Shown here: one piece after another, positions 21,773 to 32,081 of the stretch | Numbering within the stretch: the stretch's first letter is position 1 | Layout of the letters: every line of letters starts with the position of its first letter | Source: Candidatus Babeliales bacterium | Lineage (GTDB): Bacteria; Babelota; Babeliae; Babelales; JANWKD01 | Assembly (NCBI GenBank): GCA_963722075.1 | Contig: CAVRJM010000001.1 | Location: forward strand, 160,001 to 224,000 | DNA: 64,000 nt | Direction: 5' to 3' | Notes under the pieces: model-generated | What the model was told of the DNA's origin: nothing | The model's input: only the letters and a program-made list of their open reading frames with translations | The model's database searches: none | Program-made: the position numbers and the translations under genes

Positions 21773-22858
21773 ATGAATAAACGTATGTTTGCCAGCTCCA
21801 TATTAGTAATGGGTGCGCTTGTTTTATTGCCTAATTGTGAATTATCTAAATCTGGCGAATCAGCGGCGCCAGCTGCTGCCCATGAAAAATCGGTGCCAGG
21901 GGCTCCTGCACCAGCAGTTTCTAAACCAGCGCCTTCAGGCCCACAAGGGGAAATTCTGTTGACCTTATATGATCAAAAAGTTCCAAAAGTTACCGTAACG
22001 GATTTTCAAAATTATAAAAAAGAGCTTTTAGAAGCACAACCTAACTATGCTTCCATTATTGAATTTATGCCGGGTGCTAATGAGCAGATTTTTGAAAGCC
22101 TCGTGAATGAAGCGATCCTTGAAGAATGGGCGGATAAGAACCATATCGCGCAAACCAAGGAATATAAAGAAGATCTTGATAAAATTATGAAATATGCGCA
22201 TCGCAGCTTGAACGTTAAATACTTCCAAGAAAAACATCCAGTAACCGTTACTGATGCAGAAATCAAAAAATATTATGACGAAAACAAAAATAATATTCCA
22301 CAATTAATTGTTTCTCCTGGTGGCGTAACTGCTAAAGCGGTTATGTTTGATACCAAAGCAGCAGCACAGGCTTTCTATGATAAGGTGAAAGATCCTAAAT
22401 CTAATTTTGATGCAATGGCTAAAGAAACAAACGCAGCGGTAAAAGATCTTGGCGAAGTAAATAACCAAAGCTTTGAAGTGGATAGCGCTGTTCGCAAAAC
22501 CTTAATGGATGCAAAAAGATTCCCAGCGGTTGATCTTGTTGAAATCAGTGATAAATCATTTGCCGTAGTTAAAGCATTAAGCAAAAAAGATGCGCAATAT
22601 GTTCCATTTGACCAAGTTAAGCCAGGCATTGAAAACTTGTTAAAACAACAAAAAGCTGCTGAAGTATTAACTAAAGAACTTGATAAACTCAAAAAGGAAT
22701 ACAAGGCAAACGTTAACAAAGAATATTTCGAACGTGAACGTAAAGTACAAGAAGAGCATGCTCAAAAGGCAGCCGCTTCTATGAAAAAAGAACTTGGTGA
22801 ACCTACCAAAGGTGAAGAAGAAAAAAAACCAGCACCCAAGCCAATGAAAGCTGCTTAA
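21773..22858 (+). CDS. PrsA/parvulin-like foldase lipoprotein
   Basis: Lipobox-like LPNC, VTDAEIKKYYDENK, FDAMAKE...DLG, PFDQVK. Confidence 0.75.
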   Translation: MNKRMFASSILVMGALVLLPNCELSKSGESAAPAAAHEKSVPGAPAPAVSKPAPSGPQGEILLTLYDQKVPKVTVTDFQNYKKELLEAQPNYASIIEFMPGANEQIFESLVNEAILEEWADKNHIAQTKEYKEDLDKIMKYAHRSLNVKYFQEKHPVTVTDAEIKKYYDENKNNIPQLIVSPGGVTAKAVMFDTKAAAQAFYDKVKDPKSNFDAMAKETNAAVKDLGEVNNQSFEVDSAVRKTLMDAKRFPAVDLVEISDKSFAVVKALSKKDAQYVPFDQVKPGIENLLKQQKAAEVLTKELDKLKKEYKANVNKEYFERERKVQEEHAQKAAASMKKELGEPTKGEEEKKPAPKPMKAA

Positions 22859-22880
22859 GGATTTGATTTAATTTTTATAA

Positions 22881-23110
22881 CTGGATTCTCATCCGTCTTC
22901 GTTAAAACTACGCCGGACAAGCGACCTAATTAAGCCTGACTGGATGTGGGGACTGTGTCCGCCGAAGTTTTTTACTCAATAGTAATTAACTAAGGAAATC
23001 AACGAAGGCGGATCCAGTGAATAAATAAAAAGCCTTTATTCTTTAAAACTGGATTGCTTCGTAACTCATGTCCGCCGAAGCCAACCGGGCGAAGGCTGGA
23101 TCGACTATGG
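22881..23110. repeat. Cluster of REP-like palindromes
   Basis: tccgtcttcg..ctacgccggacaagc; gtggggactgtgtccgccgaag..cgaaggcggatccag; ctggattgcttcg..tgtccgccgaagc..gcgaaggctgga. Confidence 0.8.
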
Positions 23111-23190
23111 CATTTTCTTGTTTAGTACGATCTATTTGAAAAAGAAGGGACACGTGTAATTATGATTCTTACATTATATGGGGTTTTCTT

Positions 23191-24111
23191 ATGAAAAAAT
23201 TATGGCCAATTCTCTACATTTTTTCTCTCTGCTTTTATATAAATGTAACAAGTGCAGTTGTTATGGATGTATTAAAGGATAAAGAGTTATTTGATATTAA
23301 TAGCGTAGTGGTAACGGTTGATGGTCCCGAACGCAAGCGCTATATTTGTAAATCAGAATTAATGCGTGTTGGTATTGATGGTAGAAAACCATCAGTGGAA
23401 GATTTAATTACTGAAGAACTTGCCTTGCAAGATGCCATTAAACATAAGATACCGGTTGAGGATTTTGCTGATCGTTACATCGCTTCAATAAAAAAAGCGC
23501 ATAACGTTAATGATCGTGAAGTTGATCGTATCTTTGAAGCCGCTGGACTTACTCCTGATGAAGGGCGTGCTAAGTTGCAAGCAATGGGTGCGCATAATAC
23601 CATGATTGATATGAAGGTAAAAGCACGGATTTTTGTTCCCCAACAAGAAATCGAAGAGTATGCTAAAAATAATCCCCTCTATAAAGAACCAAAATATCAA
23701 TTAGAAGTAGCGATTGTTCCATTTTTTTCCTTTGATCGAAAAAAACAAGAAGAACAATTCCAGTTTCTGATTGAGCAAGCCAAAGAAGGGCAATTAGATG
23801 TGATATGGGGTGCTCCCTTTTGGTTGAAAAAAAGCGATATTGCTGATGATAAACAATTTATACTCACCATGCAGGTGGGCGAGGTTTCGTTACCGCAACC
23901 TGGCAATGCTGGTTTTGAATTTTGCCGTTTAAAAAATAAAAAACCTGAAAAGCTTATTCCTTTAGAAAAAAGATTTAGAACGATTCTCGATGAATTGCGT
24001 GAACCAAAATTTAAGGGAATGTTTGATAGCTATATCAATGATCTTTTAACCAATGCAGCCATTATTTACCCAGAAGCTGATTGTTCTGGCGGAGACACCG
24101 GCCGGGCTTGA
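23191..24111 (+). CDS. SurA-like periplasmic chaperone
   Basis: Signal peptide, VVVTVDG, QEIEEY, MQVGEVSLP; follows the PrsA-like gene. Confidence 0.6.
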   Translation: MKKLWPILYIFSLCFYINVTSAVVMDVLKDKELFDINSVVVTVDGPERKRYICKSELMRVGIDGRKPSVEDLITEELALQDAIKHKIPVEDFADRYIASIKKAHNVNDREVDRIFEAAGLTPDEGRAKLQAMGAHNTMIDMKVKARIFVPQQEIEEYAKNNPLYKEPKYQLEVAIVPFFSFDRKKQEEQFQFLIEQAKEGQLDVIWGAPFWLKKSDIADDKQFILTMQVGEVSLPQPGNAGFEFCRLKNKKPEKLIPLEKRFRTILDELREPKFKGMFDSYINDLLTNAAIIYPEADCSGGDTGRA

Positions 24112-25439
24112 GGACCATATAATACATAATGCTGCGCATGTGGGAAACCTTGTGCTGCCAATTTATTCATAAGAGCAATGCCAATAGTTTGTTTGGCTGG
24201 TTTATGTTCGATATATAAACGTGCAATAAGATAAGAAGCCGTTTGATGATGATTTCTATGTGCTTGCTTGAGTAGCTTATATCCGACTTTTTGGTTGAAT
24301 GCTCCTGGTTGATTAAGATGATGGATCGCTAATTCATATTGCGCATCAGAATCTTTTTGGCCAGCTGCTATCTCTAAGTAAAAAAGCCCTAAGGAAATAT
24401 CTTGATCAAGATACGTGCCCTTTAATAGATGGGTTCCGTATTCACGGTAAGCAGGCATATGCTGTTGTGCCACTGCTTCTTGAAAAAATTTTTTTGCTTT
24501 TTCTTTATTTTGGGGAAGGTATCTATTGGTACAATAATAACGTCCCATAAGGCATTGAGCAGGAGCAAATCCTATGCATGCTGCATTATGTATTAATTTG
24601 ATACCTTTTTTTATATCAAATGGGACTCCGTTACCCTGCAAATATAAAACACCCAGACTATTTTGAGCATATAAACAGCCTAATTGGGTGGCCTTTTCAT
24701 AATAGAACGTTGCGTGATTGTAATTTTGCTTTACGAAGTTATTTTCAGTTTCATATAATAAGCCCAAATAAAAAGCTGCGGTAGCAAAATCTGATTTCGC
24801 TGCTTGTTTCATAAGCTCGAGTGCTTGTTTTATGTTTTTTATTTGACCAAAGCCATATAAGTAACAGAGCCCTAATGAAAATGTGGCAGGAATTGAACCC
24901 ATCATTTGAGCTTTATTATAACAGCTTTGGGCTTTGAATTCATCATTTTTATATTCATACAGTTTACCAAGCAAATAAAGTGCCCGATGATCCGATTTTG
25001 CTTTTTCTAAATAAGCAATACCTAGTTGTTCATTAATAGATTCTATATCCGTTATTTTTTTAATTAAATAATAAATACCCCAAAATAAATAATCTGAAGG
25101 GCTAACGGGTGATCTTTGCTCAAAAAATGAAAAATCTATTTGATCCCACCGCATATTTTTAAAGGGATCGCTTGGGGTTTGGTAGGCATCAGCATCATCA
25201 AGAAATTTGTTATAGGTTGCGTAGTAAATAAGCGTTTGGAGGGCCTGTGGATTGCTGTTAGCATGTGCAATTAATAGTGGAATGACGGGAAAAATATCTT
25301 TCAAATTAATGGAAGGGGTATGGTAATGGGAAGCAATAAGATGTGTTGGATCCTCATGAGTTAGTTTCCCAATGAGTGGCGGTTTCATAGAATATAATGC
25401 AGTATTTATAAATACTATAAATATTAATAATAGAAACAT
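24066..25439 (-). CDS. Secreted Sel1-repeat protein
   Basis: Repeated AQNSLGVLYLQGNGV / LGLCYLYGFG motifs; signal ending LYS-MK. Confidence 0.88.
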   Translation of the reverse strand: MFLLLIFIVFINTALYSMKPPLIGKLTHEDPTHLIASHYHTPSINLKDIFPVIPLLIAHANSNPQALQTLIYYATYNKFLDDADAYQTPSDPFKNMRWDQIDFSFFEQRSPVSPSDYLFWGIYYLIKKITDIESINEQLGIAYLEKAKSDHRALYLLGKLYEYKNDEFKAQSCYNKAQMMGSIPATFSLGLCYLYGFGQIKNIKQALELMKQAAKSDFATAAFYLGLLYETENNFVKQNYNHATFYYEKATQLGCLYAQNSLGVLYLQGNGVPFDIKKGIKLIHNAACIGFAPAQCLMGRYYCTNRYLPQNKEKAKKFFQEAVAQQHMPAYREYGTHLLKGTYLDQDISLGLFYLEIAAGQKDSDAQYELAIHHLNQPGAFNQKVGYKLLKQAHRNHHQTASYLIARLYIEHKPAKQTIGIALMNKLAAQGFPHAQHYVLYGPQARPVSPPEQSASG

Positions 25440-25589
25440 GTCCCTTTCCCCTTTACGAGTTTCATCTGTTACTATATCAAAATAGATTTTGGTAATTAAA
25501 GAATTAAAAGCAAAAAGTGAATAATTGCATTTATTTATAATAGGTTACTATAATGCAGATGGTTTTGAATTAAATTAAGAGGAATTTGT

Positions 25590-26558
25590 ATGAAACATGG
25601 ATTGTTGTTATTACTTTTTTTACCCGGCATTGTTAATGGAATGTTAGAATTAGAAAACGGGCTTAAGCAGCTAAAATCAAAATTATCAACGCTTGATAGG
25701 CAAATGCATGCATTTTATACCGCGCCGATAGCTACAAAACCTGCAAAACCACCGATGCCTATTATCTCAGAACCAATAATTGCTAAAAAACCGGAACCCC
25801 AAAGTATCAGTGCTCCTCTAAAACGGCTTACTTCTATACAATATAATGATTTAAAAAAGGTGATAGAAGAAGAATCTAAAGAAGATGGTTGTTGGAATTA
25901 TAATTTAAATACCTATCCAGTTATCCAGGAACTTGAAAAAGAATTGGGGCTTTCTCAATTTATTTTTTCATGCCTTGGTAAATATATTATGATTTCCAGC
26001 CGTACCATGATGCGTGGGAACCGTGAATTATTCTCTATTGATGAGGTGAGGACTGAATTAAATAGTTACCGTTTTGATAAGGTAACCAAAGAGTATAAAA
26101 TTCATCTTATGCCTAAATCGGGTGAAGATTTACTCCTTATCATTGAGCGTTTGCTCAAAGAAATTCAATCGAATGATCAACTGCAAAATTCGCTTGTTGA
26201 AATTAAATTTAAAACGCCTGATTATCAAGAATTAAAGGAGCGATTAAAAAAACTGAAAAGCGGTAGTAAAAAAGTTAAGCCTATTATTGTTATATATCCA
26301 GGTAGCAGTAAAAAAGATGCGCAAACGGTGTTAAATAGTGTGTATAAATTATTTGGCACTATGGAAGGGCTTGATATGGCACCGCGATTTAATGAAAAAA
26401 TTACCTCGTTAATATATTATGCACAAAGCCATGGCGATATAAAAAGAGGTAATGAGTTTGATGAATTTTTTACTGAAGATAAGAAATTCTTCAAACCGGA
26501 TGTAGAAGGCAAAGGATACGATATTGATTATCGCTTACAAAATCCCGCTGCACATTAA
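25590..26558 (+). CDS. Hypothetical secreted protein (YKIHLMP...IVIYP...PRFN...YYAQ family)
   Basis: 322 aa ORF with signal ending VNG-ML; paralogous fragment at 34147. Confidence 0.7.
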   Translation: MKHGLLLLLFLPGIVNGMLELENGLKQLKSKLSTLDRQMHAFYTAPIATKPAKPPMPIISEPIIAKKPEPQSISAPLKRLTSIQYNDLKKVIEEESKEDGCWNYNLNTYPVIQELEKELGLSQFIFSCLGKYIMISSRTMMRGNRELFSIDEVRTELNSYRFDKVTKEYKIHLMPKSGEDLLLIIERLLKEIQSNDQLQNSLVEIKFKTPDYQELKERLKKLKSGSKKVKPIIVIYPGSSKKDAQTVLNSVYKLFGTMEGLDMAPRFNEKITSLIYYAQSHGDIKRGNEFDEFFTEDKKFFKPDVEGKGYDIDYRLQNPAAH

Positions 26559-27809
26559 TTATTCGTATTCTTCTTCTTGATTAATTTGAGCATACAATTC
26601 ACATGCCTTTTTAGTTAAATTATCTTTATTATCTTTATACTCATTTTTAGATGAAAAATAATGAGATATAATAGCTTCAAATCCAACATCAATATTAATG
26701 GGCGCTCTTTTTTCGCGTACTTCGATGGTTCTGACGGGGGTAACACTCACTAGATGCAATGCATGGTTACATGCTTGAATAACTTTTTGTAAATCAACCG
26801 TATCTTTAGTTTGATCAGGAACATAATAGATAATTTTCACAATGGCATCAGCAATATCATACTGCTGAATTGCTTCAATAATTTGATAGGTCTGATCCAA
26901 ATTCGGTTTTAAGCGAATCTCTATTTGCAAAAACGGGCGTATGGGTGTCTTAATAAATTCATGTGTAGTTACGTTTTTTTCTTTAATAGTAACGGAACAA
27001 AACCCTTTTTCTTCTTTGCGTTCGCCAAAATCAATGCGTTCAATAGATCCGGAATATATAATAGCCGGATATCCCTCAGGATTAAGATTTTGATAACGAT
27101 GTAAATGTCCTAAGGCAACATAATCAAATGGTTCAATAGCTAATTGAGATGGTAGTAAAATAGGATCAGTGCCATAAATAGCGCGTTTTTCTGAGCCCGA
27201 AAAAATCCCTGAACTTACCGTTAGATGACCTGCCAGCACGGCCGGGATGGTTGGATCAAGTTCTTGTGCCAGATTGTTAATAATAGTGCTCACTGATTGT
27301 GAAATATAATCAGTAAGCACGGTGTTCGATTTATATGCATGAGTGTTATTCATTGCAATATTAGTTCTACTGGGCCACGGGATACCAACAATCTGAACAG
27401 GACCGCTTTTGGTTGGTAATGTTATCCAGGATGGTTTTGCAAATACATGAAACCCTTGCACGGGGAGCTCACCAAAGATATCAAGGGTGGTGGCTTTACC
27501 AAAACTTAACGGGTTATCATGATTACCAACCACAATAATAATGGGGATTCCTGCTTTATATAAACGTAAAAAGCAGCGCATTAAGAGCCGCTGCTGCGTG
27601 GGGCTTGGATTGATTGTTTTATATGCATCACCCGAAAACAGAAAAAAATCAAAAGCATGATCAATGGTGTAATCGATGCAAAAATTAAGCGCCTTTTCAA
27701 AATCTAATAAGCGTGTATGGATTCCTGTTTTGGCATCGATCTTACCATAATTTTCCATACCAAAATGGATATCGGCAGTGTGAATAAATCGTATCCCATT
27801 ACGATCCAT
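26559..27809 (-). CDS. sbcD: SbcCD nuclease subunit D
   Basis: HTADIHFG, SGD, GNHD, DYVALGHLH, YSGS. Confidence 0.92.
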   Translation of the reverse strand: MDRNGIRFIHTADIHFGMENYGKIDAKTGIHTRLLDFEKALNFCIDYTIDHAFDFFLFSGDAYKTINPSPTQQRLLMRCFLRLYKAGIPIIIVVGNHDNPLSFGKATTLDIFGELPVQGFHVFAKPSWITLPTKSGPVQIVGIPWPSRTNIAMNNTHAYKSNTVLTDYISQSVSTIINNLAQELDPTIPAVLAGHLTVSSGIFSGSEKRAIYGTDPILLPSQLAIEPFDYVALGHLHRYQNLNPEGYPAIIYSGSIERIDFGERKEEKGFCSVTIKEKNVTTHEFIKTPIRPFLQIEIRLKPNLDQTYQIIEAIQQYDIADAIVKIIYYVPDQTKDTVDLQKVIQACNHALHLVSVTPVRTIEVREKRAPINIDVGFEAIISHYFSSKNEYKDNKDNLTKKACELYAQINQEEEYE

Positions 27810-29245
27810 TATGTTCCTTCAATGGATTTTGCGGTTTTGGTGGCGGCAATAAATGGAGAACGGGCTGTTCGCTCTTTTATTTTTTTAGCATATCCTTCTT
27901 TATTTATTTGCCGAGCGCGGCCGATTGCTAGGGTTGCTGGTGGAATATGGTTGGTAATAACAGAACCTGCTGCGGTGTAGCTTTCTTTTTCTATAGTTAC
28001 CGGAGCAACAAGTGTGTTGTTACTGCCAATAAATACCTGATCTTTAATAATGGTAGCATGTTTGTTAACACCATCATAATTACAGGTGATAGTGCCAGCA
28101 CCTATATTGACCTTATTGCCAATAGTTGCATTACCCAAAAAAGAAAGATGTTTTGCTTTACTGTGTTTGCCCACCGTGCTCTTTTTTACTTGTACAAAAT
28201 TGCCAATAACTGAATGCTCTTCAATGGTTGTTGATCCTTCAATATGCGCAAAAGGGCCAATATGACAATAATCATGAATGGTAGAATCAGTAATAACGGA
28301 ATGAGAATAAACAGTAACCTTATTCCCAACTGATGCGTTATTAATAATTGAAAAGGGTTCAATGTTGCAATTGTTGCCAATGCGCGATCCATTAATAATA
28401 TGCACACCGCTACTTATATAGCTTCCCGATCCAATAATTACATCAGTATCAATATGAACATTTTGTGCAGCATAAAAACGTACGCCACGTTCCATCCAGT
28501 AGGTAATTAATGATGAGCGTTTTATTTGCTCAACAGTCCAAAGTTCTTTAAAATCATTAACGCCGCGAATGGTATCAAAAGGTGCATCAATCGTTTTAAC
28601 GATCAGCTGTTGATCGCCAGCAATTTTTATTAAATCAGTAATATATAATTCATTAGTTATCTTGCTCTGTTCAAGCTTATGGATATTATCTTCTAAAAAG
28701 CTTTTTTTAAAGAGGTAAATACCCGCATTAATGCAGCAAGATTCTTCCTTATAATCGGTACGTTCTTTTGCCTCAACAATAGTAATTCTGGTATCTTCTT
28801 TCAGAATGCGCCCATATCCTTTGAGCCCTGGATCAGTATTATGTGCTATAACCAAGGTAACTGCCGCATCTGTAAGTGTATGCGTATCAATTAATTGGGT
28901 GATGAGTTCTTGCGTGATGAGGGGAGTATCGCCATTGAGTACTAATACATATTCGGCATTCCAATTATTTTTCGTGGAATACAATGCATGTCCAGTACCT
29001 TTTTGTTCAGACTGAATTTCAAAATTGATCGTTGTGCCATGCCGTCGGGTGATTATATGTTCTATGGTCTCCCGATCATGGCCCACGACTACGGTAGTAT
29101 CAATATGTAATTTTTCAAGAAGAGTAGTTGCATATAATATCATTTCTTGACCGCAAATTTTTTCCGCTAATTTAGTTTTGCCGGTATTAAAACGTGTTGA
29201 GCGGCCTGCTGCTAAAATGATTGCTTGTACCTTATTTTCTGACAT
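27809..29245 (-). CDS. glmU: Bifunctional GlmU
   Basis: ILAAGRSTR, QKGTGHA, NGDTPL, hexapeptide repeats, GAGTITCNYDG. Confidence 0.96.
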   Translation of the reverse strand: MSENKVQAIILAAGRSTRFNTGKTKLAEKICGQEMILYATTLLEKLHIDTTVVVGHDRETIEHIITRRHGTTINFEIQSEQKGTGHALYSTKNNWNAEYVLVLNGDTPLITQELITQLIDTHTLTDAAVTLVIAHNTDPGLKGYGRILKEDTRITIVEAKERTDYKEESCCINAGIYLFKKSFLEDNIHKLEQSKITNELYITDLIKIAGDQQLIVKTIDAPFDTIRGVNDFKELWTVEQIKRSSLITYWMERGVRFYAAQNVHIDTDVIIGSGSYISSGVHIINGSRIGNNCNIEPFSIINNASVGNKVTVYSHSVITDSTIHDYCHIGPFAHIEGSTTIEEHSVIGNFVQVKKSTVGKHSKAKHLSFLGNATIGNKVNIGAGTITCNYDGVNKHATIIKDQVFIGSNNTLVAPVTIEKESYTAAGSVITNHIPPATLAIGRARQINKEGYAKKIKERTARSPFIAATKTAKSIEGT

Positions 29246-29397
29246 ACAGAGCTCCTTAAATCGTGAACAATTCAATCCCATCATGAGGGGTGCCTAATTT
29301 TGTCCCAGTATACCTGCCATTTTGAATATTTTTAATCCCTTTTTATTTTTTTTGTATGCAATTATTAGATGATACATGGTATAAAAATATAACTGAA

Positions 29398-29515
29398 AGC
29401 GACTTGAGCAAAGGCTGGATCATAATGATAGTTGTTCCTATTGTTCATTCCGAATGCAGTTTGGGAATCCATTAATAAAATCACTATTGTCATCACGAGC
29501 TTGCGTGGTGATCCA
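29398..29515. repeat. Degenerate REP-like repeats
   Basis: aaggctggatc; tcattccgaa..gggaatcc; tgtcatcacgagcttgcgtggtgatcc. Confidence 0.55.
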
Positions 29516-29543
29516 TTAATGAGATTATCATCCTATTTTATAT

Positions 29544-29999
29544 TCAGATTACTTTTGGCTTGTATATCGTAATTTTATTGCCATCAGGATCAAGCGCAAT
29601 AAATGCCCTTTTGCCTTCTATTTCAATTAATGGTTGCAGTATAGGAATTTCCATAGCGATAAAATCTTCATAAGAATTCTCGATCTTGTTAGCACCAAAC
29701 GATAAGTTATAAGTACCCGTGGGTTGCCATTCGTTGGCGGAAAGAGATAAAATTAACTTTCCAAAATCTAATGAAAAAGAAGAAGAAGTTGGTCTTAGAT
29801 TATCAGGTTTTATTCCCAAAATTTTTTCGTAGAAAGCGGTACTTACGTTCACGTTTTTTACATATACCATATCGATATAATGTATGGAAGCTTTTTGTGC
29901 ATTACCCCATACAAGAGTTCCCATTTGTTTATAAAATATAGGTATTAATACCATCATAACAATTTTGAATAATAAAACCTTATCCGGTTCAGATGTCAT
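29544..29999 (-). CDS. VOC/glyoxalase-family protein
   Basis: STAFYEKILG and DPDGNKI. Confidence 0.75.
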   Translation of the reverse strand: MTSEPDKVLLFKIVMMVLIPIFYKQMGTLVWGNAQKASIHYIDMVYVKNVNVSTAFYEKILGIKPDNLRPTSSSFSLDFGKLILSLSANEWQPTGTYNLSFGANKIENSYEDFIAMEIPILQPLIEIEGKRAFIALDPDGNKITIYKPKVI

Positions 30000-30248
30000 A
30001 TAATAATTTTACTTTCGTGGTAATATTTTCTTTCGAACAATGATCTATTACTAGTTGTCCTCAATACTACCACTTTTATTACACCCATTTTTTCATTTTA
30101 TTGTGATTTGCTCAAATTTCTATTTTAACGTTTAATAATATAGCTTAATTTTTCTCAGTTGTCTCTATGAGAGCTTAATTTAAGACTATAAATAAAAAAA
30201 TGAGAAGTTATTGAAGTTTGCCATAGTATGTTCAACGTAATTATACCA

Positions 30249-30297
30249 GCGCCTTGTCCGGCATCGCCTTGGCGACGACGGAAAGCTAGGGATGACA
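30249..30297. repeat. REP-like element
   Basis: gccttgtccggcatcgccttggcgacgacggaaagctagggatgaca, nearly identical to 37278-37324. Confidence 0.8.
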
Positions 30298-30504
30298 GAG
30301 GGAAAAATTTTTACTAGAAGATTCCTTACTTCGCTCAACATACTAGGTTGAGTTATGCTGAAGAAATGAATTGCCTGTTCCGAAATGTCAGGATCAAAGG
30401 TATAAAATAAAAAACAAAATGATATGTTGAAACTACCAAAAATAACTTCTCAAAAAACCAGAATCCTTTATCCTTATGTAATGTATAATAACGGTGAGTT
30501 TTAT

Positions 30505-30597
30505 GGAGAGATGGCTGAGCGGTCGAAAGCGGTTGCCTCGAAAGCGATTATTCTCTAAATAAGGGAATCGAGGGTTCGAATCCCTCTCTCTCCTCCA
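30505..30597 (+). tRNA. tRNA-Ser(CGA)
   Basis: GGAGAGA/TCTCTCC acceptor stem, CT-CGA-AA loop, long variable arm, GGTTCGAATCC, encoded CCA. Confidence 0.95.
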
Positions 30598-30796
30598 TAC
30601 TTCGCTAAAGCTTCGTATGGCAGGCCAACTTTTTAAATGATTGAAATTAATATAAATAGAATAGTGAAAGCGAAGTATGCCTTCGAAGTTCGTAGGGCTT
30701 ATGAGAATAACGTGAAGATGGATACAACGCTTGGCACGGCTATTTAGAATGATAGAAATTTATTATTAGAGCAATGAAAGAGCGAAGACGGTAATA

Positions 30797-32065
30797 ATGT
30801 TTGTTAAGTATCGAAATTCTTTTTTTATTTTTTTTCTGTTGTGTTTAATCGGTTCCACCAGTAAAGCATGGGTAGCTGATAATCGTTTTTTACCTGAATT
30901 TTATCCGCATGTTAATCATTACAGAACATGGGAATCTCCCTCTACCAGTTATCTTGATGGGCTTTTTATGGTGGGGCATGATGCTTTTGATCATGAGGAC
31001 GATGAAAAAGAGGTGGGCATTTTTGATATATTTGGTAATTATGATGAAAATAAATTAGCACAAGCAATTGTTGCAATTGGGCTCCCCGATCCATTTGATG
31101 CCTTTCCAACATTACAACGATTTCGTGGTCAAGAAATTTTGTGGAATATGGAAAGCAAAATTCAAGCACAAGGTGCGGTATTTCAATTTGAACAACAAGT
31201 ATGGGATTATCTTTGGATAGGCGGTTCATCATTTTTTCTTCATCTATATTCACGCATCAATTTTGAATTAAACCCCCATACCATTAGAACATTATCAATT
31301 AGCCCTGAGGATCAAATAAGCTTAGATCAAATGCGTCGCCTGATGAATGATGAAATTGGCATTTTTCCGCCGGTGGTGAGTAAAGTTGGTTTTTCAGATA
31401 TAGATGTCTATTTGCGCTTAGGCTCTATGTGGGAATACCTGTGTAAATTTAGAAAAGTTGATGCAGGCTTCAGTTTTGGGGGATTAATACCAACCGGTTT
31501 GATGCGTACGATCCAAAATCCTGCTTCTATTCCCATTGGTGGTGATGGGCATTGGGGCGTATATCTTAAAGGAGACCTTGAATTAGAATTAAAAGAAGAT
31601 TGGAAGGCTGGCGCCTGGTTTCGTATTAATAAGCGATTTAAAAAATATAGAACGGAGCGGTTGCAGGTTGTTGATGAGCAGCAACTTTTTGGCGTAGTTC
31701 AAGGCCGTGTTGCCATTAATCCCGGATGGACTTTTCTTTTTGCGCCGTATGGACGATTAGAAAATATCCGTGAAGGATTTGGTCTTGAGTTGGGGTATGT
31801 TATTACGCATCATATGCAGGATGATTGGAAGGATGCACGTGAGGTGCAAATACCAACAGTAAATCTGCAAGAGATTATAAAACGTTCTTCATGGACGTCT
31901 GAATATGTTATGGTTGAAGCATTTTTTGATTCTGCTAGAATTTTACCATCTTATTGTAAAGCACCAATTATATCTTTTAGATGGGATGTACCAATACGAT
32001 TTTTTGCAGCTAAAGGCGCTGCCAAAACGAATCGAATTATGTTAGGAATTGAATTAAATTATTAA
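30797..32065 (+). CDS. Hypothetical exported protein, probable outer-membrane beta-barrel
   Basis: Signal peptide, alternating beta-strand pattern, C-terminal LGIELNY. Confidence 0.6.
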   Translation: MFVKYRNSFFIFFLLCLIGSTSKAWVADNRFLPEFYPHVNHYRTWESPSTSYLDGLFMVGHDAFDHEDDEKEVGIFDIFGNYDENKLAQAIVAIGLPDPFDAFPTLQRFRGQEILWNMESKIQAQGAVFQFEQQVWDYLWIGGSSFFLHLYSRINFELNPHTIRTLSISPEDQISLDQMRRLMNDEIGIFPPVVSKVGFSDIDVYLRLGSMWEYLCKFRKVDAGFSFGGLIPTGLMRTIQNPASIPIGGDGHWGVYLKGDLELELKEDWKAGAWFRINKRFKKYRTERLQVVDEQQLFGVVQGRVAINPGWTFLFAPYGRLENIREGFGLELGYVITHHMQDDWKDAREVQIPTVNLQEIIKRSSWTSEYVMVEAFFDSARILPSYCKAPIISFRWDVPIRFFAAKGAAKTNRIMLGIELNY

Positions 32066-32081
32066 AGGTTGGGTTTAACTT

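Noticed and set aside
24066..24111. 46-nt convergent overlap of SurA-like and Sel1 genes
   Set aside because: Both tails are low-information; common in compact genomes
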